The position numbers and the translations under genes were made by a program. Positions 54,532 through 64,000 of a stretch of DNA of 64,000 bases are shown here, one piece after another. Below the pieces are notes generated by a model, which ran no database searches, had not been told where the DNA came from, and saw only the letters and a program-made list of their open reading frames with translations. Within the stretch, counting starts at the first letter, position 1, and every line of letters starts with the position of its first letter. The DNA is from Eledone cirrhosa (taxonomy: Eukaryota): positions 74,090,001 to 74,154,000 of the forward strand of contig OZ024742.1 of assembly GCA_964016885.1 (NCBI GenBank). Direction: 5' to 3'.

Positions 54532-55991
54532 AAAACCAAATTTATTACACGGATTTGCCAAATGGTGAAAATTTCATGAAAGAAAGTGAAAACCAAAGTC
54601 CTTTAAGAAATGTGTTATAAGTAATGTTTTAAATGGAATAGAAGAGTACCTTCTCTATGAAGAAAGTGATAGTCCACAGTCTGATATAGATGACCCAATA
54701 GTGTGAATGCAGTGAATAACTCTGAAAGTGATCGTCAAAAGATCAAAACAGTGATTTTTCTGGTACTTCAGATGACAGTAGTGAATTTTCGGAATTTGAA
54801 GATGAATAAAATTATAAAATTTATTTTTTCTTCAATATTTCTGATGACTGTGGTTTGTAAATAAATTTGTAAATAAATTTAACGTAACATGACTACGATC
54901 TAGGCAATAAAAAGTAATCTATTTACCATACACGGTATTGCAAATGTGAATAGAATGTTGTCTATTTATTCATACTATAGATATGAATTTTGAATAGATT
55001 TATTTTCAAAAAATAATTGTACCAGTTAATGTGTCCGAAGTCACAATTGAAAGAACAAGTTGAGACAGACTAGTGTTTGCTACCGGTGCTAGAAAAACAC
55101 GTCTCATAATAAAAATAATGTTTTCATCACACGCTGAGTGGTGTTTGTGGCTGTAGAGTTTTAGCCAACATATAAATCAAATGTAACCAATTTTATGTCA
55201 GAATTAACACATTGGTAAATTTTACAAAACACAAATTGAAAATTTGTAGAAAACCCCACCCCTCTCCTTGATTTCAATGGGAAACATTTTTTTTTTCTGA
55301 CATTCAAGATGCTCGCAATCGACTTTGACTTTTTTCCTCGGAAAACGGAAACGTTAACCCTAAATCTAACTCGAGCCCCAACCCAAGCCCCAGCCTTAAA
55401 TCCAACCCTAGCTCTAACCCTAACTCTAATCCGGTAAAAAAAAGGTCGATTGTGAGCCTCTTGGAGGTTGGATTAGTTGATAGCACACTAAAACACCGAA
55501 GATAAATAATTATTTCCCACCAAACGCCAGGGATGTGTAGATTTGCGAAACTCCAATGGTCTTTCCGTCCCTTGTCGCCCTCCCTTTTTTCCTCAGCTAG
55601 TCGTTTTCGACTGGTTTATAACACGCGAAAAAAAAATTCCTAGAGAAAACTCCGAGGATAATGAGGAGGAACGGGGGGGGGGGGGGGGGGGCAGCCATCC
55701 CAACCCCTCTGTTTTACTGGAAAAAAAGTTGATTGCGAGTATCTTGGAAGTAAGATTAGTTGATAGGACACGAAAAAAACCTCCCCAAAAAGTCCCCCCC
55801 CCCCCCCCCCCCAAAAAAAAAAAACACAAAAAAAAAAACACACACACAAAGAAAAAACATTTTTTTTCCTACTGAAATCGTAGTGGGTGTTCTATTTTAC
55901 TAAACGTAAAATATTACTTGTGGTGAATTTGGGCAGTTTGATGAGGATTCAAAGCTAAAATAAATTAGGTATCAGTGAAGAACGTATTATT

Positions 55992-56180
55992 TCGGTGGAT
56001 TGGTAGTATCGGTAGAAGGTCGGACACCATGCTTTGACGCATAGAGTTGCGGCCCTTGCGATTCTGAGTTCAAATCCCGCCGAGGTTAACTTTGCCTTTC
56101 ATCCTTACGGGGTCGATAAAATAAAGTACCAGTAATGCACTGGGTAATTGCTGGCCATGTGCCAAAAGTAGAAACAATTA
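55992..56180 (+). mobile_element. tRNA-derived SINE, family A
   Basis: Near-identical to the reverse complement of the 41039-41227 copy. Confidence 0.88.
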
Positions 56181-56294
56181 TTTCGTATTAGGCATTGGAC
56201 TTTGTTTTTTGATTAAGTTTTAAATTGGGAGGCGTCTTATGCATCGGGTCGTCTTCTACGTAAGCCATGAAATACTATATACATATATATATAT

Positions 56295-57052
56295 ATATAT
56301 CCAAAATTAAATTAAGGGTTGTCATGTCTGAGAGACATGCGCCATATCCACTGCAGAATAAGCTCAAAGATTCCAATGAATAGATCCGAGCATTTCATAT
56401 CAACTAGAAATAGATTGACATATATATAAAATAAACATGGAACAATCACAGGGAATAATTTGTAAAGTATGTAAGCACAGATAGCTAGGTAGGTAACCAA
56501 TTAAAGTTTAACTAGAACTTCAAATATTTTAAAAATGATTAATCTCTTTTGTATATATTTCTTTAAATAAAAATATATATTTCACCAATTAATCAGTAAA
56601 TCACAGTAGTCAAATCCTGGATGGTCACCAAAGGAGAAGAAATAACTATCTGCGTTTACAAAGAAAATGCAAATCTGTGAATGACTCGAACCACGTGTTG
56701 CATTTTTTAAAAATACACACATCGCACAGCATCATCCCAGTGGCGTGAATAGGATTATCGACAGCTAGAAATAGCAGCCGAGTCCATTCCACTGAGTTAG
56801 CTCTACAATTAAGGGGCCGTATATATATCCAAAATTAAATTAAGGGTTATCATATCTGAGAGACATGCGCCATATTTAAAGAAATATATACAAAAGAGAT
56901 TAATCATTTTAAAAGGCATCTATATTTGAAGTTCTAGTTAAACTTTAATTGGTTACCTACCTAGCTATGTGTACTTACACACTTTACAAATTATTCCCTG
57001 TGATTGTTCCATATGTTTATTTTATATATACATATGTGAATCTATTTCTAGT

Positions 57053-57056
<4 letters not shown>
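56295..57056. mobile_element. ~528-bp monomer with terminal redundancy plus inverted partial copy, inside (TA)n
   Basis: ccaaaattaaattaagggtt..gagagacatgcgccatat at both 56301 and 56829; 56875-57056 is the reverse complement of ~56397-56568. Confidence 0.75.
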
Positions 57057-57102
<46 letters not shown>

Positions 57103-57509
57103 TGAACCTAATATAATGTAATTTTGCCTCCTTGTGTTTTGGTTTGTTTCATTTCTTAACGTACATCAATCTTCCACGATCAATCGACTCTCTGAAACGA
57201 TCGTAAAACAATGAACTAATTAACTATCTACGTCTGACTTCTGTCTTTTTTCATTGTTCTATGCACACACACACACATATATAGGGCATGTGAATCAGTG
57301 GATTACTGGTGGTGGTACCAATATGAACACTGGATGCACATACAGAGTGTGTCATCATCATCATCATCATCGTTTAACGTCCATCTTCCACGCTAGCATG
57401 GGTTTGCGTGTATATATATATACTCACACTCTCACTCTCACACACGCATATATATAATATATAGGTTGAAGACAAAAAAGACAAGGTTCAGAGCTCAATT
57501 AATCCATTG

Positions 57510-57696
57510 ATTTCTGATTAACGAGTGAAATGAAACTAGATATTATCGATATATTGATTAATCGATAGTAGTTATATAACTGTAGCGAGATGAGCATGTT
57601 TTGTTGAGACTAATGCTAAGAAGCTACATAACTGCTATCGATTAGTCAAAACATCGATATCATGGTTCATTCCACCCTTTGAAACGACGGTAAAAC
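57510..57696 (+). ncRNA. Degenerate hammerhead with ~160-nt stem II hairpin
   Basis: CTGATTA at 57514, long imperfect hairpin (ttgattaatcgatagtagttat/ataactgctatcgattagtcaa), then GAAA-cgacgg-TA at 57681. Confidence 0.45.
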
Positions 57697-57788
57697 ATTG
57701 AATTATTTAAGCACAGAATCTCATCTTTTTTGTTTACATTGTTCAACCTAGTATATATTTGACTATAGTTCTATGAATAGTCAACATG

Positions 57789-57982
57789 TCAGACCTGCCA
57801 ACCTCTAAAAACCCAAATGGGGAGTACGATGAAAAAAATGCCCCGAAACGGGGCGAAATGAGGCAAAATGGGGAAATTTTACAAAATGGAAGCTACACCC
57901 ATTTTTACAAGAGAAGACATCTCACATCCACCCCAATGGCTATTGCAAATCTCCCCGTCGGACGGGGAGATTTGACAGGCCT
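57789..57982. mobile_element. MITE with short TIRs
   Basis: cagacctgccaac .. tttgacaggcctg. Confidence 0.5.
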
Positions 57983-58130
57983 GACTTTTAAGATACAACT
58001 TTTCTACAAAAACAGATTTCACTCTGCTTCAATGAAATATTCATATCTACACTACATTGAGTTCTAACAGTGTTATAGGTTCTACCTCAGTTAGGGGGAA
58101 TATTACTGTCTATATAGTCACACACACACA

Positions 58131-58323
58131 TAGGGTTGGCTAAAAAGTTCATAGGCTGACTATGAAGGAATGATGCTAAAGCTATGAAATCTTGCATGCA
58201 TAAATTTCTACTCCTCTTCTTAATAACTAGATTGTTTCTTTCAAGAGACTATGTTTAAAAAATAAACCTCATTGAGTATGAGAGTATCTTGGTCAGTCTA
58301 TTAACTTTTCAGCCGACCCCCAT
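58131..58323. mobile_element. Mariner-type MITE
   Basis: TIRs gggttggctaaaaagttcataggctgac / gtcagtctattaacttttcagccgaccc, TA-flanked. Confidence 0.8.
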
Positions 58324-59637
58324 ATAATGATTTAGATATCATTTCACTTGATTATGCAACACATTGCAACAACTTTGACCTTTAAAAATTAGTCTTTACA
58401 ATACATCAACAAAAACATTTTAACTACACCAAACCATAGATATAATCTATTTGTGTCAGAGTCTAAATATGACAGTTATTTCTTAATTCCCTACTGATTT
58501 AACCACTGCATTGCAGTCTGAATCAGTCTGAATTTCAAAGGAAAAAAAACAAAAAAAAATAGAAAGAAAAAAAACAATACAAAAAAAAAAAAAATAATAC
58601 AAAACAAAAAAAAAAACAAAAAAAAGAATAAACACAACGTGCAAAAACCAACAAAACAAAATAAACAAGAACAGCAAAATAAACAGACAAAATATTTAGC
58701 AGTTGGTTTACTACTGAAGAGGTTGAAAAGAAACTAAACGTCTCAAGTTTTTTTTGTTCTACTCTACCACTCCACTCAGCACTAGACAAACTTCTCTAAC
58801 TTCATAGTTAGGTCATTCATATTTAACTATGAAGGTATGATGGCGTCCCAGTTGTTGTCGGATGTTAGTATGTATGTATGTATGTATGTATGTATGTATG
58901 TATGTATGTATGTATGTATGTATGTATGTATGTATGTATGTATGTATGTATGTCAGGTCACCAGTTGGTGCTACTGGTAACATGTATCCCAGTACAACCT
59001 GTCTCATGGTCGGGTCGTGGGCGACTAAACTGGCAAACCCACCAAGGTTTCTTGGTGAGGAGGGTGACTTTGGACATCCTGCAGGACTAAAAATAAAACC
59101 TGTCAAAGGGCAAAGGAGCTCTTAAGAGTCAATGGCCATCCAAAATCACCGGGAGAGATGACCCCTTAGCCTTTGTCAAGGCAGAATTCTAGGAGAAGGA
59201 AAACTCTGATATAACACCTGCAACCCTGATGGTATCCAATGATGTTGACTTGTTCTTCTTTTTGGCAAATATCATCTTGGTTAAGAGAGTGGGACTGGCT
59301 TTGTGCAGTGCCTTTGCTCACTATAAAAGCTTCACGGCACAGGCATTGCTTTATATCTGGAGATCTCTCTGCACTTGTCGTCACATGGTACCATGGGCCC
59401 AGCACTATGTGTCAATAATTGTCACAAGTGTAGTGTTTGTGCCAGAGTTTTCAAGTCGCTGGCTGGACTAAAAAGTCACACTCGTTCAGCGCATCGGTAG
59501 GGGTTCTCCTACATGGATATAAAGTAGTAGCCGTACTCGAAAACGAGTTGGCAGCCACCATGTATGTATGTATGTATGTATGTATGTATGTATGTATGTA
59601 TGTATGTATGTATGTATGTATGTATGTATGTATGTAT

Positions 59638-62000
59638 GTTCTTCTGGTTTTATAATTTCACAAAGTTTTACCAATAGAGAGAGAGAGTCGGTTTCTAACA
59701 TAGACACAAGACTCTCTCATTGGAATTTACACAACATCAACTAGGTAGATATGTATGTATGCATGCATGTGTAGATATGGATGTTATTGTATGTGTGGAT
59801 GTGTATGTTTTGAGTTGTATGTGTGCATGTGTATATGCTTTGTATCTGTACATGTGTATATGCAGTTATTAGATGCAAATTTTTGGAATGTTTTACATAT
59901 TTTTACTGTTCCATTAATGGATTGTACTTGTAATTTCCTAACTAGTTGTGTTCTTTCTGTTCCTGTGAAGCCTAGCTTCTCAAGATTTCTATTGAGGTAG
60001 TTACTAACATATCCCAGTGCCCCAATAATCACAGTGCCCCAATAATCTGAAGGTGTAATCAGGCTGGAGTATCTGCAGATTTCTCATCAGTTCTGCATAA
60101 ATATTCTCCTTTTCACTAATCTTTGATATTATATTGGCATCTGCTGGACAGCTAATTTCCACTACTGTGCATGTTTTCTTCTCCTTCTCCCATATTATAA
60201 TATCTGGTCTGTTATGTCTGCATTTTTGGGGGTTTTCACTGGAACATTCCACCAGTACCCTTTCATATTATGTACATGGATGTCTTTCACATTGTTGTAG
60301 CTTTTAATGTGTTTATTATCGGGGTTATTTTTTTTACGAACTGCATTGTACAGTATTTTGGCCACTACATCATGCCTCATAGGTAGATAGTACCGCGATG
60401 ACATCTTTGGACAGCTGCTGATGACATGGGTGATATCCTCGATGTTAGTTCTGCAGAGTCTGCACTTGTTACCACATCTATGTGTTTTGCCTGCATCCCT
60501 ATCTCTTTTGTGAATCAGGTATTTCGTGCTAATCTCCTGTTCCTGGATTTCAAAAGCGTATCCTTCAAAGTGGGAGCCAATATAGCGGTTGTTGGTCCAA
60601 GATAGACTATTTTCCTTATCTATATTACTTTCACTCTGGAGCTTCCTGGCAACATATCCATGCATGATCTTTTGCTGATAGGCATGCAGTTTTTCATCCA
60701 TGGATTCACTGCGATACTGCTGAGCGACTTCCCTGGGTGTGAGTTTTTGATTATCTCACAGGGAATATCTCTCAAGGAGTTCCTTCCCAACTCTCATGAT
60801 CTTATCTGTTTCATGCAGATAGACTTGCTCGAGAAATGGGCTCCTACGCTTCGAGGTTCGTAGATGTTGGAGAGATATGATGCAACATTCAAATGTTGTC
60901 TGGACTGATGTTAGGCCTCTGCCTCCCTGCTTACGTTTCAAGTAAAGGCGGTCTATGTCACTGTTGATGTGGAAGTTTCCGGTGTTGTTCAGTATTTTTC
61001 GAGTTCCAACATCAACTGCTCGGATTTCGTCTATCGTCCAATTGAGTATTCCAAACATTGGTGTTAGGACAGGCACAGCAAACACATTGTGAGCCACTGT
61101 TTTGTTTGGCGCAGAGAGTTTCTTAATCGGGTGTAGTATTCCCTGGTTACGCGTTCTTTATTACAGATACCATTATAGGATATGTTCTCATCTATCCCCA
61201 GGTATCTGTAGCAGTCCTCATCAGATATCGGTGAAAGAGTTAGGCCATTGATGACAATGTTGCTAGATTGGGTTGTTGTTTTTCCCCGCTTTACAGTCAT
61301 GTATGAGCATTTATCTTGGCCAAACTCCATTCCTATATCCTTTGAGAACGTTGTAACCAGGTCAAGTTTTTTCTTCATCCCATCCATGTTCTTGGCATAG
61401 AGTTTCAGATCGTCCACAAAGAAATTATGGGTTAGGTTCGTATTTCTGTCCTCCTGTGAGCCAATGATGTATCCCTCACATTTCTTGAGCAGAAAGGACA
61501 AGGGGTTTAATGACAAGATGAACAATATCACAGAGAGACTGTCCCCCTGAAATATACCCCTGCAATATTTTATTTTATCAGTGAAAATAGAGTCCTCCCT
61601 CTCTGTCTTTAACCTTAGGATAGTAGCCCAAGAAGAAGACAGCTCTCTATGGCTCTGACAATAATGTCTGGGACTTTAGCAAGTTGGAGGGCCTTTATCA
61701 TCCAAGAGTGGGGAACAGAATCGAAAGCTTTCCTGTAGTCCAGCCAGACTGTAGTCATATTCCTCCTAAGTTGTCGCACCTCCGACATCGCAGTTTTGTT
61801 GATTAGGAGTTGTTCAGCACATCCCCAAACCCCTTTCTTTCCAGCTGCTTGTTCATCTGTGATGATGTTATTATTTTCACAGTGATCTTGAAGGAATAGA
61901 TTCAGGCAGGCTGTATACATCTTATACATCAGGTTCTGGCATGCAATGGGTCGGTAGTTTTTTGCCAAGTGGGTGTCATTGTTCTTGGGGACCAGTAACG
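59638..62000 (-). mobile_element. R4/Dong-type non-LTR retrotransposon (RT plus restriction-like endonuclease), 5'-truncated and frameshifted
   Basis: NYRPIAC, WLDYRKAFDSVPH, FVDDLKLY, YRYLG, LYLKRKQGGRGL, CRLC..HVISSC, RHD and RPDII..VEISCP; both ends in (TATG)n. Confidence 0.92.
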
Positions 62001-62091
62001 TATGTATGTATGTATGTATGTATGTATGTATGTATGTATGTATGTATGTATGTATGTATGTATGTATGTATGTATGTGTGAGTGTATGTAT

Positions 62092-62143
<52 letters not shown>

Positions 62144-62144
<1 letters not shown>

Positions 62145-62903
62145 GTTCAAATTCATCTACGGAGCGGGTTTTGATTTTGAAATTTAGATTTGTCCAGGAA
62201 TCACGGCCTTTGCCAATATAAGCTTGTCTTTATTGACTTATATCGAGACAGACAAATTGTATTCACTTTAATTAGTTTATTTCATTAATAGCTAACTTTG
62301 TCTGTTACAATGCAAATACGTTTTGTGTTTATCATATATATTAATGTATTTAACTGCTCGGAAATGCCCCTTTCTTGGAGCTGATTTATTGTAAACGACT
62401 GAGAGTTTAATCTCAAATTATAATATAGTATATTGCTCCTTAACTGTAGAGCTGATCTTTAATCCCGCATAAACGGCTGTTATTTCTAGCACCGGGAATG
62501 CGGGACGGCTAGTTTGGCCTGGCTAGACACACGTGTAGTCAGACCTGCAAAATTTTTTATGGTGAAATGTACTAATTTTACTGGGTTCCTGTTGATAAGC
62601 ACAGAAGATTTGGATATTTCACTTTTTATTTCAATTCCATTTCGATTCTCTTTATTTTTCAATTCATGTACCATCGTTGCGAAACATATTTAGGTTTCGA
62701 AGTTCAAATTCATCTACGGAGCGGGTTTGGATTTTGAAATTTAGATTTGTCCAGGAATCACGGCCTTTGCCAATATAAGCTTGTCTTTATTGACTTATAT
62801 CGAGACAGACAAATTGTATTCACTTTAATTAGTTTATTTCATTAATAGCTAACTTTGTCTGTTACAATGCAAACACGTTTTGTGTTTATCATATATATTA
62901 ATG

Positions 62904-62906
<3 letters not shown>
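62144..62906. mobile_element. 557-bp monomer with ~205-bp terminal direct repeat, inside (TA)n
   Basis: agttcaaattcatctacggagcgg..atcatatatattaatgtat at both 62144 and 62701. Confidence 0.75.
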
Positions 62907-62942
<36 letters not shown>

Positions 62943-63262
62943 TGAGTTAGAAACTCATTAAGGTCCATTACAATTAAAATTAGCTCAAGGAAAAAAAAAA
63001 TTTCCGGGTCGTGTAATATAATTCAATAAAGAGAGAAGAACACACCTGTATTCAGATTAACAAATCTGCTAGGTTGAACGGCATACTAACTAAACAAAAC
63101 GGTCAGCCAGACTCAATTTAAAGAAAAATTAAGAAAAAACAAACCGTTTGTGACAACTATCGAGAACATCCAGACAGTATATGGTAAATTGTTTCGCATT
63201 CATTGAAGGGTATTACCAATTCTTCTGCTCGTCAGTGGATGTAAGAAATTAGTAAACCCCTC

Positions 63263-63406
<144 letters not shown>

Positions 63407-63452
63407 CAAATAACAGGAGGCTGGACTGGTGTACTTCCTTGAAAGGTTTATT

Positions 63453-63510
63453 ATACCATGATCATTTCAATGACAGGGTTCAGTATGAATCCGGTGACAT
63501 CATCAGGTAT
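63453..63510 (-). ncRNA. Hammerhead motif with G at the cleavage position (probably inactive)
   Basis: Minus strand: atac-CTGATGA-t-gtcaccggattca-tac-tgaaccctgtcat-t-GAAA-tgatca-tg-gtat. Confidence 0.55.
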
Positions 63511-64000
63511 TTGAAATATAACAAAGGAATACAATAGACAAAATTCATGGGGCTGAAAAATCAGAGACATGCGGGCGACCGAACCTTCAGCATCTTCTAC
63601 CCTGGACTGCCGACCTCAAGTGTTGATTATCAAGCTTACCTATGTCCATCTGGTGAAGGGGTCATGTGCTACCACCCCTCGCCAAAGACAGAGGCTAACA
63701 CTGAGATCAGGTTACAATCAAGCTGGTCATGCGTGCTAGTAAGTGCTGCGAAAAACATTATTTCAAAGAACACATATCTCTCCAACAAAGCTACATATAG
63801 TAATATTAAGATGAAATTAGAAAAATAAGGTTTAAGTATAAAATTATGAGATTAACCTAAAGGAATTTACAGAACGAGGCTTTTATGAAAAAGTTTAAGT
63901 GTATTATAGATAGTCACGATAAAGTTTCAAGGTAGAATATAGAGTAAAGATTAAGCCCATGCTTAGCGGTAAAAAAATCAGCGACGTTACGGATCTCCCG

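Noticed and set aside
55355-55430. TAACCC-like hexamers as an interstitial telomere
   Set aside because: Short and highly degenerate; more likely internal to a dispersed repeat (a related segment lies at ~55700-55770).

Overview
AT-rich, repeat-saturated animal genomic DNA with no host protein-coding gene I can support. The SINE, LINE and microsatellite mix looks like a cephalopod (Octopus-like) genome, which is an inference from repeat families only. Contents: decayed non-LTR retrotransposons (several RTE-type, one R4/Dong-type, one CRE-type, one Penelope-like GIY-YIG element), tRNA-derived SINEs, mariner/pogo/hAT/piggyBac-type remnants and MITEs, microsatellites, minisatellites and a 200-N gap. 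The most interesting signal is a set of short non-coding inserts sitting inside (TA)n tracts. Many carry minimal type I hammerhead ribozyme (HHR) motifs: CTGANGA, stem II, GAAA, palindromic stem III, NUH, stem I. Several are slightly longer than one unit, or are circularly permuted copies, of ~465-620 bp monomers. They often occur as divergent inverted pairs whose 3' ends both abut (TA)n. This fits retrozyme-like or Penelope pLTR-derived RNAs, possibly circular, being copied into (TA)n by twin priming. A twin-primed Penelope GIY-YIG fragment with its own HHR lies nearby as a candidate helper. All motifs and coordinates were read by eye and may be off by a few bases.
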